Program-made: the position numbers and the translations under genes | Shown here: piece by piece, positions 18,579-28,286 of the stretch | Layout: each line of letters begins with the position of its first letter | How positions within the stretch are numbered: position 1 is the stretch's first letter | Notes under the pieces: generated by a model | Databases searched by the model: none | Told to the model about the DNA's origin: nothing | What the model saw: the letters and a program-made list of their open reading frames with translations, nothing else | Assembly (NCBI GenBank): GCA_963834265.1 | Contig: CAWIAU010000001.1 | Coordinates: 7,572-71,571 of the forward strand | Reading direction: 5' to 3' | Origin: an uncultured bacterium | Lineage (GTDB): Bacteria > Patescibacteriota > Saccharimonadia > Saccharimonadales > 2-12-FULL-41-12 | Length of the DNA stretch: 64,000 nucleotides

Positions 18579-18833
18579 AAAGGAATAACTGGCTCATACG
18601 CCACAAATCTACACAATTATCTATACCGAAAATGCTGGAAGCTTTTCTACACTATTTCGGAGCTTATTTGCAACCGCTTCAGTCTTTGTCTTTACTACAC
18701 TCGTGAATTAATAAAGACCGGTCATTAACCATAATATTCGGCTTGCTGGCAATCGTACAATTTACAGTTGCAATTTCATCATTTATTTATTAACTCCATA
18801 AGCGCGGCTTCTGCAACGGGCCACGATGTTGTC

Positions 18834-18868
18834 ATTAAATAAGAGACCATAATGGTCTCTTATTTAAT
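18834..18868. terminator. 16-bp perfect hairpin, bidirectional terminator candidate
   Basis: ATTAAATAAGAGACCA-taa-TGGTCTCTTATTTAAT, just 3' of the minus-strand gene 18891-20123, with A/T runs on both sides. Confidence 0.7.
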
Positions 18869-18890
18869 GCTTAAACCTTAGGTCAGAGTT

Positions 18891-20123
18891 TTAGAATCTT
18901 ATGAAGAAGCTTCTGATCAGCTTCAGGTAGAACTGAATAATCTTTTGCTGTGACGGAGGAGCGCTGGCGCCTGCGACATAGACAATACAGTCATTCTGGC
19001 TTACAAACGCAGGATTAGAGAAGTTCTTCCAGCCATTGTTGTAACATTGTTCAACTTTGGTCGGAGAATTTTTGACCGTGATCTTGTATGGTGCTGCAGC
19101 GCCATTGCTCCAGGCACTTGTGTTGCCGTCAGCATCGATAGCTCGTACTCGCACATAATATGTGCCTTCCGGAGTACCTGCAGTAGATATCTCCGAGGAA
19201 GTCAGGGTCGGACCACTGTCATAAACGGATGCCGTGTAAGCAGGGTCAGCAGAAAATGCCTGATATTGATATTTAACCGGCCCGTTCCCTGTGGTAGTTG
19301 CATCAGTCCAGTCAATTTTATTTAACTGTGATGTAGTAACGACTGAGTTATTGGCCGGCGAAGTAATAGCGGGCGCAGAAACTGTAGGCGCGTTAAGCTC
19401 AAAGTTAAAAGTAGTGGTATTGCCGCCGGTGGTAATACTAAATGCATCTACATTACCATTAAATGAGCTCCAGCCACTTCCGGCTTTGAATACAACAGCT
19501 CCCAGAGTTGGGCTGGGATGTACGCCTACATTAGGAAAGAGTGTTTTGATTTGATTCCATGTACAAGGGACTGCTTGAGTACAGGTGTTATTAAATTTAG
19601 TTGCGCCCTGACTGCTGAACCACCACTTGGCATTGCCGCCATTTATAGCGTCCCAGGTTGTCCAGGTTCCTTGCGGTACAGTTCCTCCGTTGTTTTGATA
19701 TGGCTCATAAACAATCCGGCCCTGGAAGGTAGTGTCCGCATCAGTTACGTCTTTGTCCACATTAAACTGCAATGCAATTGCCGTGGCATTGCTTGGGTTA
19801 GCAGGTGCCTGGTACGTTGCATAACTAAGCGCACTAATGTCTGCCAGCTTTGTCCCTGCAAATGCTGCCTTTGCTAATATGTGCCCTTCGCTAGTACTAG
19901 CCGTGGTAAGCTGTGCGCTACCCGATCCCAGCGGAGGCGTACCGGGTCCATTTACAAATACTCCGGTTTCGGGAGTGTTTGTTTGATCGTTGATAAATGC
20001 CCAGCCCTGTTCGTGGCCCGGATAGACCGTTACTGTGTTAATTGCCGCAAATGCTATTGCCGACGTTCCGAGTACTACCGATAAACCTGCGCCAATACCT
20101 ACTAATAACTTTTTTATAGACAT
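18891..20123 (-). CDS. secreted protein of unknown function with an Ig/FN3-like C-terminal module
   Basis: 410 aa; signal peptide (AIAFA|A); Thr/Asn/Gly-rich beta-type sequence; conserved Cys pairs (NNTCTQAVPC, QCYNNGW...DC). Confidence 0.7.
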   Translation of the reverse strand: MSIKKLLVGIGAGLSVVLGTSAIAFAAINTVTVYPGHEQGWAFINDQTNTPETGVFVNGPGTPPLGSGSAQLTTASTSEGHILAKAAFAGTKLADISALSYATYQAPANPSNATAIALQFNVDKDVTDADTTFQGRIVYEPYQNNGGTVPQGTWTTWDAINGGNAKWWFSSQGATKFNNTCTQAVPCTWNQIKTLFPNVGVHPSPTLGAVVFKAGSGWSSFNGNVDAFSITTGGNTTTFNFELNAPTVSAPAITSPANNSVVTTSQLNKIDWTDATTTGNGPVKYQYQAFSADPAYTASVYDSGPTLTSSEISTAGTPEGTYYVRVRAIDADGNTSAWSNGAAAPYKITVKNSPTKVEQCYNNGWKNFSNPAFVSQNDCIVYVAGASAPPSQQKIIQFYLKLIRSFFIRF

Positions 20124-20150
20124 ATGTATCCCCTCTTAGTTAGACTCCCT

Positions 20151-20177
20151 ATTATACATGCTTATGGTTCTTGTCAA
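20151..20177 (-). promoter_or_regulatory. promoter with consensus TTGACA and TATAAT hexamers
   Basis: On the minus strand, TTGACA (20177-20172), a 15-nt spacer ending in TGt, then TATAAT (20156-20151). A GAGGGG RBS precedes the ATG at 20123. The spacer is short. Confidence 0.5.
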
Positions 20178-20218
20178 AAAACAAATTTATTCTATTGCTG
20201 TTAAATTTATAATCCGAC

Positions 20219-20725
20219 TCAGGAACGGCCACCCTTAACCCGAATTCGCTTCCAGATGAGCCCGTCCAGCAGTAAGTGGCTGAAATAGCCTGCAACAGCG
20301 GCACCATAATAAATAATCGATATCGGTAGTATATTGTCATTATGCAGATACGGAACGAGCAGTAAGGGCAACGGAATTACCACCATTGCAATTTTACTGT
20401 GAGTCCACCCACGGTGATGCCCGATAATCGGCAGCATCGCAATCAGGCCCAGATAAGCAGCAGCCTGGATATTGCCATTCAGGATCAATAGCACATCTGT
20501 AGCAAAGGCCAGGCCTACAAAAATATCCTGACCTTTACTATTGGTATCTACATCTGGGAATAATGCGAACAGCATGCTCAGCACGAACAAAGCGGCGAGC
20601 GCCTGCCAATCTTCGAGCAATCCCGCAGATTCAGCGAATCTCTCGACAGGAACCCATGAAAGCAACACCGCATACATAGTACCGGCAGCCAGACCTCCGG
20701 CAATGTGTCCCTTATAATTCGCCAT
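20219..20725 (-). CDS. membrane-bound metal-dependent hydrolase, YdjM (DUF457) family
   Basis: N-terminal YKGHIAGGLAAG, FPDVD, GHHRGWTHS; 4-5 TM helices. Confidence 0.7.
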   Translation of the reverse strand: MANYKGHIAGGLAAGTMYAVLLSWVPVERFAESAGLLEDWQALAALFVLSMLFALFPDVDTNSKGQDIFVGLAFATDVLLILNGNIQAAAYLGLIAMLPIIGHHRGWTHSKIAMVVIPLPLLLVPYLHNDNILPISIIYYGAAVAGYFSHLLLDGLIWKRIRVKGGRS

Positions 20726-20772
20726 ATCTAAGCTTCGAGTCTCTTTAACTTCGCTACTAACACAAGTACGTC

Positions 20773-21306
20773 TTAGGAGTCCCGATCGATTTTGACATTG
20801 CTGACCATCCAGTTTCCATCCTGAAGCGTATACCAGATCGTATAGTCTACCGGCTCAGAGATGTCTTCTCCATTAATAGATATTGTTTCTGTAGCATTAA
20901 GCGAAACTTTTGCTTCAGAACCATTGATCTTCACAGAGCCTTCATTATAATCATCAGTTACAGTAGTTTCTATTATTCCCTGTATATCCTGCTGCTTCTG
21001 CGTAACCTGGTCATCTATAAAGCTTTGACGGCTATATTCTTCCGTAACAAGCGGTTTGAGCTCAGATACCCTTTCCTGATATGTTTCAGCCGTATAAGTA
21101 CCGTATTTTTGCACGAACTCATATGACTGGCTTCGCAGTTTTGTTTCTGTAGTGTCCGTGCCCGACTCTGTAGAGTCATTCGTTCTCTGATAGATGATTG
21201 CGACAGTTATGGCTGAAATCAATATGATCACTACAAGCAGGACCAATCTTGATTTCTTATTCATAGACCTTATGTATTGAGCTATCTGGCTAATCTTATT
21301 CCTCAT
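20773..21306 (-). CDS. membrane-anchored hypothetical protein, immediately downstream of the giant hydrolase
   Basis: 177 aa with one N-terminal TM helix; 2-nt gap to the 21309-26090 gene. Confidence 0.6.
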   Translation of the reverse strand: MRNKISQIAQYIRSMNKKSRLVLLVVIILISAITVAIIYQRTNDSTESGTDTTETKLRSQSYEFVQKYGTYTAETYQERVSELKPLVTEEYSRQSFIDDQVTQKQQDIQGIIETTVTDDYNEGSVKINGSEAKVSLNATETISINGEDISEPVDYTIWYTLQDGNWMVSNVKIDRDS

Positions 21307-21308
21307 AA

Positions 21309-24300
21309 TTAATAACCTACCGATCCGGCTTTACAGTTGTTTGGGTTACCGCGTCCGTCATTCGGCAGATAGTTCAGCGGATTAAGCGTCCCCTGGTTCA
21401 GGCCTTTCGGTCCAGGACCTTCCGGAGGATCCTGCGCATTGCCCGAGGGGGTGTCACTCCTACTATTTTGGATGTTGAAGTGCAAATGAACCGCATAATC
21501 TCCGCCTGTATTACCCATCCTGCCAACCAGCTGACCTCTGACTACGATTTTACCCACCTCAATGCCAGGCTGGAACGAGGCCAGGTGCGCATAGAGAGTA
21601 TAGTAGAAGCGCGTGGGATTACCGGCAACCGGGTGCTTAATATAAACCGCATTGCCATAACCCTCGAAGGGTGCTGTGTTACTGGCTTTTGCAACCACCG
21701 TACCGACTGCCGCCGCACGGATACCCGGCGCGGATTTACCTGCGGCACCCACGTCGATTCCGGAATGCAGATGGTCACCACGATCGTCTCTCCAGCATGA
21801 TGACAAAGGATAATCGGCTGATACCGGCCAGCTCCACTTTACACCGCCCACCACACGCGACGGAAGATTGGTCCCTGCTCCGGGACTATCAGGCAACGGA
21901 GTCGTGCCGGGATTGGCCGGTAGATTGCCGGCATCGCCGTTGCTAGCCGAATTTCTGAACTTTTTCCATGCTGCAAGAACTTTTGCATTATAGCCGGATG
22001 TAAAACCGGGATCGCGCCGGCAAGCTGACTTGTTACCAGAGTTATAGCCACAGGCTGCTTTACGGACTTGTTCTTCGCTCAGACGTTCGCTGGGATTTGA
22101 AGTTTTGTCTATATAGTTTGCCACAGTGAACACGGCATCGGACCATTTCTGATCATCCCACGTTGACGGGAAGGTATCTACCGCATTTGTACCGGTGCCA
22201 CCATCTCCCGGATATAAGAGTCTGCCGCCAAATTTATTGCTATTCCATGTGCCTTCTTTCATCTGGCCGGGGCCTTTGCATACCGGTGATGCTCCGCCAC
22301 AATTGTTGTTAACTTTTGCTTTGAATGCAATTGGGTCTTTTACCAGAGAACCGTCCATTGATTCGACCGAGATAATTGCAAGGATCAGTGCAGGATCCAC
22401 GCCCATACGGGCGCCGGCAGTACAGGCATAATCGGCATACATTTTGGTCTGGGCACGGGATAATGGGGAAATTGTTGTTTTAATATCATCGCATACTACC
22501 GGAATATGGGCGGCTCCGGCTCCGGTGGACGGAACAGGTGTTGTCGGAGGGCCACAATCGGCTTGCCCAGGCGCGACACCACCCGTAGTAGGGACAGGAC
22601 AGCCCCCGCCGGTTGCATTATTGAGGAATATTATTGAAAATGTGGCGGGTTCGTCTTTTTGCAGAGTCACGGTACGTTTAATTTTTTGAACGCCGTTTTC
22701 GGTAAATATTTTCGTATCGGCATCGGGATTAGCCGAAAATCTTTTACTCATTGTATAGCCGCTCGGTATGGTGGCGTTTATCTCCCATTGCTTGGCATAA
22801 TCATTGTTGCTGGCGAATGCAACGGGACATGAACTGAAGCCAATTGATGCAGGACCTGTCGCGGTCTCGGCCTTTGTGTTGCCTCTGCTTGGTGTACAGT
22901 TATCGTTGGGACGGCCGGTGCTAACCATCTCGATGGATATATTCTTGAAAGGCTGGTCTTTGAACGTTCCTTTATTATCCGTATCCACCCATGTTTCTAC
23001 GGTAACCCTGCCTGCCTTATTAGAGCTGGGAACAGGACTGGTATTGTTAGTTCCTCCGCCCGGAGTAGACGAGACTGGTACCGGATCACAGGTTATGGAA
23101 CCTGCACCCTGAACCAGATATATTTCGATGCGTGTAACTTTATTCTGGTTAACTTTGAAGTGATATTTGGAGTTGTCGCAGCCGGCTTTATGCGGCGAAT
23201 TATCGGCTTCTCTATATCCTGCTCTCTTGACGAGACTCAGCTGGTAAGTTTTGGCACCGCCGTCCTGTGCCACCGGACAGTTTACAAAGCTAACTCTACC
23301 TTTGATTCCATTACTGCCATCAGATCCTGAAGTTCTGTTGCGCGGATCACATTGGAACTGCGGAGTGTCTGCGGCGCCAATCGATTTGGTATGTACTTCA
23401 ACCTCACCCATCAGTGTTTTTTTGCCTCCAGTAGTATCGTATGTGCAAACAACAATCGCACCTTTGCCGTTGGTTGGATTTGCTACACCTGCAGTATTTT
23501 TGTTGGTATCACAAAGCTGAGCAACAGCCGGGGTAGTCGGATTAGCGGGGGGTGGCGCATTAGATCCGGGTGGGTTCGGTACCGGCCCCGGACTTGGATT
23601 ATTCGGATTTTCAACACTTCCGTTGCTACCGATCAACAAGAAGCTGACTTCGGTTTCCAGATTTTTGCGAAGTGTGACATCACGGTAGACTATATTGCCA
23701 TTGACGACTGCCCCAACGCCATTGTTGTATGCTGAATCAAGCGTGAAGCCAGCCGGAACATTCATGGTGACCCGATATTTCTTGGCGTGGTTATCGTTTG
23801 TCTGCTCGGCTACCGGACATTCTGTGAAACGAATCAATCCGAAGCCATTTGGTCCGCTGGCCCTGTCGGCATTGGTCAGGCCGGCAGTGGTTGACTTGGT
23901 CTTTCCGTCGCTAAGTGTATGCTTGGTTCCGTAGCACTGTTTAGTCGGTCCTACGCCAATGTTTTCGGTTGAGATGTATACATTGCCAACACGGTTATCG
24001 ATGCTTGTGTTGATGACTTGTCCGGCTTTATCGTGGGCATAAACCCCGACTTTGATTTTGCCGACATTGAGAGACGGCGTGGTGGGAGAAGCAGGAGGAG
24101 AACCGCCGGTTGGAGGCGGAGGAGGTGGAAGTGGCGAAGGATTAGCTGATCCCGATGCGGGAATTACTATGGTAGCGGAATTCGAGAGGTTATTGTCATT
24201 AGTAGCTTTGAATACCAATGTATGACGATTACCGTCAGCAATATTGACTCCGCCAAAGTCCAGGCTGGTACCACGATGCGAAGGATGCTTAGAAAAGTCA

Positions 24301-26090
24301 CTGCGGATTCCCCTTTGAGTACCGTCGATTGTAACTGTTACATCCCGTACGAAGTCCAAGGGGAAATTATTCTGTGTCTGATAGCCGAAAACATCTACTT
24401 CAGCCCCCGTTGCCGAGAGTCCTGTCACGGCTATTAGCGGACCGTCACCCGGAGCATGGTTGTAGTTAATTACCGTTGGTGAAGGCGGTGGTGGTGCAGG
24501 CAAGCCAGGATCAGGGCCGGGAGTACCTCCCTGCGAGAAAGAATCCCAGACCACCTGGCCGCCCGGTGTAGTAATCACTAGGTTGCCATCGTCTCTCATT
24601 ACCAACCGGTCGGCACCAGTCCCATTTGTATTGCTGGCCCAGGTACCAGTACCATTAGACCTGTACTTTACAAGGTTTCCGTCACCCTGCATGTGCAAAT
24701 AAGTTGACCCGTCACCGTGAGTATAATTGCACCAAAGCCCGTGGCCGCGGTCATAAATACACATATTGCTGTCACCTTGGAAGATAAATTTGAACCGGCC
24801 GTTGCTGGAAGTTAATGAGTCGCCATTATTCATAACGATGTCATTGCCGGCGTAAAGTACGTTGCCGAGTGAGTTGGAACTAGGAGTAGGTGATCCAGGC
24901 GGGCCAGCTGGGGGTGGTGCTGGCGCCGGTGCTTTGGATTCATCATATATAAAGCGGGCGTTTACATTCTGATTCCACAGAAGCGTTACAGTACGGCTGT
25001 GTGTGCCTGCTATAGTGTAGCCCGGCGGCGTGTCACCGGCTGTAACGGTATAGGTAGCATCATTGCCCCCGATATTGCTCACCGGACAACCACGAAAATT
25101 AACTGCGCCTAAACCATTAGTAACACCGGAATTACCGCTATCACATGCACTAAGGGATGGGTGACTTATAGATATAGGAACCCCGCTGATGCGCTTTCCC
25201 TGCTTGTCTTCGGCAAATACATCAAGGTCGCCGTGTCGGCAACCATTACAGGTATGGGCTTCGGCCTTTGGAGTTATCAGGTTACCCAAGTTGTTTGATG
25301 CCCCACGAACCGTGCTGGAAACGGTGGAGGCTATGTCAGTTCCTGACTTATTGGCCGAATCAGCAAGTTTCTCAAATATGCCCTGGTCCGGTGATAAGAA
25401 AGCACGGGCCGGAGGATCCAGTGTAAAACTAGATACGGCCACTTCTTTGGCCTCACCAGCTGCCACAAAGTTCTTTGGCTGTGCATAGAAAGGTATTGTA
25501 GTTGAACTTATATTCGAACCCTGTCCGATTACCCCGCCAAGTTTAGCAGTTGCGTTAATCGTATGTTGGCCCGGCTTAAGGTTATGCATGGGGAACATAT
25601 TGACTCCATTGACACCACCACTAAAGATATACGGATATACTCCCCCGTTCTTAAACGTTGAATTGGCGTTGATGATCTTGGACATAACAACGCGGCCATC
25701 CATACTTACCACAATGTTAATAGGGCTGGTAATGTCAGATGCTGCCCTAAACTCTGTTCTGATCTCAAAATCAGTATGCATTGTTGTGCCAGAAGTCGGT
25801 GAAGTAATCACAAACTGGCTTCCGGCACTACCGACAAATTGTTGGACGGCCAGGTAGCTGCCAACCCCTGTAGCACCGACCATTGCAACAGAAACAGTTG
25901 ATATACCGATCTTAGTAGCTAATGTTCCGGTAACGAATTTCTTACTAACGGCCACAAAAGCTGAAGAGGATTTGAGCTTAAACATCAAACTAATCAGTAA
26001 ACCTAAGACAAGCCCAATGATTGGCACAGATCTTAATTTTTTCCAACCTTTTGCAACACTGATTTTCATGTTTTTTCTCAAAACTTTCAA
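21309..26090 (-). CDS. 1593-aa envelope protein: bulb-type lectin, four beta-sandwich repeats, lytic transglycosylase-like domain and M23 peptidase
   Basis: N-terminal TM helix. B-lectin-like segment (FIFQGDSNMCIY...MQGDGNLVKY...MRDDGNLVITT). Four modules of about 130 aa share the motif F..CPV and are separated by Pro-rich linkers. SLT-like segment (ILAIISVESMDGS ... GPGQM). M23 motifs (HSGIDVGA ... HLHFNI). Confidence 0.9.
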   Translation of the reverse strand: MKVLRKNMKISVAKGWKKLRSVPIIGLVLGLLISLMFKLKSSSAFVAVSKKFVTGTLATKIGISTVSVAMVGATGVGSYLAVQQFVGSAGSQFVITSPTSGTTMHTDFEIRTEFRAASDITSPINIVVSMDGRVVMSKIINANSTFKNGGVYPYIFSGGVNGVNMFPMHNLKPGQHTINATAKLGGVIGQGSNISSTTIPFYAQPKNFVAAGEAKEVAVSSFTLDPPARAFLSPDQGIFEKLADSANKSGTDIASTVSSTVRGASNNLGNLITPKAEAHTCNGCRHGDLDVFAEDKQGKRISGVPISISHPSLSACDSGNSGVTNGLGAVNFRGCPVSNIGGNDATYTVTAGDTPPGYTIAGTHSRTVTLLWNQNVNARFIYDESKAPAPAPPPAGPPGSPTPSSNSLGNVLYAGNDIVMNNGDSLTSSNGRFKFIFQGDSNMCIYDRGHGLWCNYTHGDGSTYLHMQGDGNLVKYRSNGTGTWASNTNGTGADRLVMRDDGNLVITTPGGQVVWDSFSQGGTPGPDPGLPAPPPPSPTVINYNHAPGDGPLIAVTGLSATGAEVDVFGYQTQNNFPLDFVRDVTVTIDGTQRGIRSDFSKHPSHRGTSLDFGGVNIADGNRHTLVFKATNDNNLSNSATIVIPASGSANPSPLPPPPPPTGGSPPASPTTPSLNVGKIKVGVYAHDKAGQVINTSIDNRVGNVYISTENIGVGPTKQCYGTKHTLSDGKTKSTTAGLTNADRASGPNGFGLIRFTECPVAEQTNDNHAKKYRVTMNVPAGFTLDSAYNNGVGAVVNGNIVYRDVTLRKNLETEVSFLLIGSNGSVENPNNPSPGPVPNPPGSNAPPPANPTTPAVAQLCDTNKNTAGVANPTNGKGAIVVCTYDTTGGKKTLMGEVEVHTKSIGAADTPQFQCDPRNRTSGSDGSNGIKGRVSFVNCPVAQDGGAKTYQLSLVKRAGYREADNSPHKAGCDNSKYHFKVNQNKVTRIEIYLVQGAGSITCDPVPVSSTPGGGTNNTSPVPSSNKAGRVTVETWVDTDNKGTFKDQPFKNISIEMVSTGRPNDNCTPSRGNTKAETATGPASIGFSSCPVAFASNNDYAKQWEINATIPSGYTMSKRFSANPDADTKIFTENGVQKIKRTVTLQKDEPATFSIIFLNNATGGGCPVPTTGGVAPGQADCGPPTTPVPSTGAGAAHIPVVCDDIKTTISPLSRAQTKMYADYACTAGARMGVDPALILAIISVESMDGSLVKDPIAFKAKVNNNCGGASPVCKGPGQMKEGTWNSNKFGGRLLYPGDGGTGTNAVDTFPSTWDDQKWSDAVFTVANYIDKTSNPSERLSEEQVRKAACGYNSGNKSACRRDPGFTSGYNAKVLAAWKKFRNSASNGDAGNLPANPGTTPLPDSPGAGTNLPSRVVGGVKWSWPVSADYPLSSCWRDDRGDHLHSGIDVGAAGKSAPGIRAAAVGTVVAKASNTAPFEGYGNAVYIKHPVAGNPTRFYYTLYAHLASFQPGIEVGKIVVRGQLVGRMGNTGGDYAVHLHFNIQNSRSDTPSGNAQDPPEGPGPKGLNQGTLNPLNYLPNDGRGNPNNCKAGSVGY

Positions 26091-26165
26091 TAAGTCTTAC
26101 TTTTTGCTTATGTTAAGCCAGCACACCTATAATGTCAAGTTTCGATGATTTCAGGAATCAGACAT

Positions 26166-26771
26166 CTAATAGAACGTAATGTTACCGATCGGATAAAGCC
26201 GGACTGTTAATACTCCTACTATAGTTTCTGTATTGAGTGGTCCGAAATCCCTCGAGTCATACGACCCGTCACGGTTATCCCCCAGTACAAATATTTCTCC
26301 AGGTCCCAGAATCTGATCGATATAACCGGCTGTTATGTCATCGATTCCTGCTTCAGCGGGTGCGGCCCAATCTACCAGAAGGCCTTCGGGATTACTTTCA
26401 TTAAAAACCCGCACATCATTATTAACAATTGCTACCCGTTCACCCGGTAAAGCAATGACCCGCTTGATAAGCTCTTTTTCTCCAAGCGCATTAGGGTTTT
26501 TGAAGACAATTACATCGTATCTCTTTGGTATATACAGACTGCCGGTAATTTTTGCCCATGTTTTACCTAGTTTTTCTACAATAACCACGTCTTTATGATG
26601 CAATGTTTCTTCCATGCTCGGACCGTCAATACGATAAAAATGAAATACAAAAAGTGTCAGCAAAAGGGTGATTACCGGTACACCGATAATATAAATCAGC
26701 TTTTCTTTAAAGATTAGCCGGTTCCGGCTGTTTTCCTGCGCTTCCTGATAGCTTTTTTGGCTTGTTTTCAT
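26166..26771 (-). CDS. lepB: signal peptidase I
   Basis: TM anchor, catalytic-Ser box DGPSMEETL, KRVIALPGERV, GDNRDGSYDSR. Confidence 0.9.
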   Translation of the reverse strand: MKTSQKSYQEAQENSRNRLIFKEKLIYIIGVPVITLLLTLFVFHFYRIDGPSMEETLHHKDVVIVEKLGKTWAKITGSLYIPKRYDVIVFKNPNALGEKELIKRVIALPGERVAIVNNDVRVFNESNPEGLLVDWAAPAEAGIDDITAGYIDQILGPGEIFVLGDNRDGSYDSRDFGPLNTETIVGVLTVRLYPIGNITFY

Positions 26772-26828
26772 ATTAGTCTGATGTGTTATTTTTTGGACCT
26801 GTGCTTACTAAATGGTACCACAGATGGC

Positions 26829-27716
26829 TCATATGATTGTACGCAGTATTTCTCTGGCAGACGTAATATCAACTCTCGTGCCTTTCGAAAGCTTAGTGAC
26901 TTCTCCGTCCATTTGCATCGGCATATTTTTGACTACTTCGAATGAATATTTCCGTTCTCTGCGCGTGTTCTTAAGTCCGGTTGTCGCCGCTTTGAAAAGT
27001 TTCTTTATAAGCTGAAACTTATGTGCATGAGGGAATGAAATAACTTCGAACTTACCGTCATCCGGTCTGTTTTTTTCTGCAAGAGTGAGTACTTTCGCCA
27101 TTTGATTGATATTTGCAAAAATCAGACTGTCAAAGCTAAATATCCTGCCATTCCGGCGTATTTTAAATGGCCGGTATTTAAAAAATGTTTTAAGGGTCAG
27201 AGTTGTCTCTTTGAACGCATTGAGCGTATGGCGATTTAATTCAGTGGCAATGACGGGCGTCAGACCCAATCCTATGTATGAATGCGCATACCGGGCAGAC
27301 ACAGTTCCCGGTTTTTTCATATTTACTTTTAACAGATCAATCCTTATAACTTTACCCTTCTTAATAGCCTGAAACAGTGGCCGGTCCTGCATTGTCCGGC
27401 TATGGTCGTTGGCATTTCCGGCAGGAAGTATGGCGCATATAGCTGACTTCCCTTTTTCGCCTGCCAGCATGACGCCATTGATAACTTCATGATATCCCCC
27501 ATCACCACTGGATGAAATAATTAGTGGTTTTTTATTGGATTTTGCTAAACCAAGGGCTATCTTTTCAGCATGACCGGCATATTCTGTGGGGACCGATTTG
27601 ACGGGTATTTCGGGCAGAGCTTTTTTAAGCTGCTTCTGAAGTTCCTTAGCATCAGATTTACTATTACCGGTACTGTTCGGATTATATATTATCGTTACGC
27701 TGCCAAAAGCAATCAT
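26829..27716 (-). CDS. diacylglycerol-kinase-family lipid kinase (YegS/BmrU-like)
   Basis: IIYNPNSTG ... LIISSSGDGGYHEVINGV ... ILPAGNANDH, as in DAGK catalytic domains. Confidence 0.85.
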   Translation of the reverse strand: MIAFGSVTIIYNPNSTGNSKSDAKELQKQLKKALPEIPVKSVPTEYAGHAEKIALGLAKSNKKPLIISSSGDGGYHEVINGVMLAGEKGKSAICAILPAGNANDHSRTMQDRPLFQAIKKGKVIRIDLLKVNMKKPGTVSARYAHSYIGLGLTPVIATELNRHTLNAFKETTLTLKTFFKYRPFKIRRNGRIFSFDSLIFANINQMAKVLTLAEKNRPDDGKFEVISFPHAHKFQLIKKLFKAATTGLKNTRRERKYSFEVVKNMPMQMDGEVTKLSKGTRVDITSAREILRTII

Positions 27717-27750
27717 TTTACCGCCAGAGCAGATTGATGATTAATAAGTA

Positions 27751-28176
27751 TCAGACAGTCCGGTCGCGGCGATTGATGGTCAGCAATCTGACAATACCGT
27801 AACCTATAAGCGCATAGACGGCCATGGCCACCAGTGTTTCTATCTCGAAACGTGCCACACCGTACTGGACCTGATAGCCGAATAGCCCGAAGAAAGGCGA
27901 GACAAACGGATAGGTAATGCTATAGATCATATCTGCAAACCCGTTGCCCCGGTTTGCTCCCAGCATCGACAGCAAAAATCGCAGTGCCAGCAGGGTCAGC
28001 AGGACACCGGTAATAAACCAGACAACGCGGGCAGCAGTATTCGGTGCGTCCCTAACTACAGGATCTGCACGATCTACCTCCCCGGTCTCTGTAGTAGTAG
28101 TGACTCGTCTGTCAACTTGCTCCGCGGCACCATCATTAATTATTCTTTCACGGGTTTCCTGAGTTCGTTCGGCCAT
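27751..28176 (-). CDS. small membrane protein, YggT-like
   Basis: 141 aa with an acidic N-terminal tail and then two TM helices whose pattern (ITYPFVSPFFGLFG) is weakly YggT-like. Confidence 0.45.
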   Translation of the reverse strand: MAERTQETRERIINDGAAEQVDRRVTTTTETGEVDRADPVVRDAPNTAARVVWFITGVLLTLLALRFLLSMLGANRGNGFADMIYSITYPFVSPFFGLFGYQVQYGVARFEIETLVAMAVYALIGYGIVRLLTINRRDRTV

Positions 28177-28286
28177 ATCTGTAGTCTCCTGTTAGATTTA
28201 TTAAGAACAACTATTAAATATATCCCTTATGTGTCCCCAAAGCTGTTAGAAATCTCGCTTAAATTTATTGCAAGCTACCGGTCGTA

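Noticed and set aside
18401-18706. The 101-aa plus-strand ORF overlapping the tRNA.
   Set aside because: It reads straight through the tRNA-Met gene (18503-18578) and AT-rich noncoding DNA, so it is an artefact of the ORF caller.
18579-18890. The 310-bp AT-rich noncoding stretch after tRNA-Met as an integrated-element remnant or an additional ncRNA.
   Set aside because: There is no direct repeat of the tRNA 3' end, no integrase fragment and no convincing structure except the terminator hairpin at 18834-18868.
21468-25857. Many 70-127-aa ORFs on the plus strand and in other frames within the giant gene. Similar antisense ORFs occur at 3468-3977, 10380-10967, 46506-47126, 58543-59331 and 60459-61103.
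   Set aside because: These are shadow ORFs opposite long, well-supported genes with Pro/Gly/Ser-rich or hydrophobic codon content. They have low-complexity products, no RBS and no motifs.
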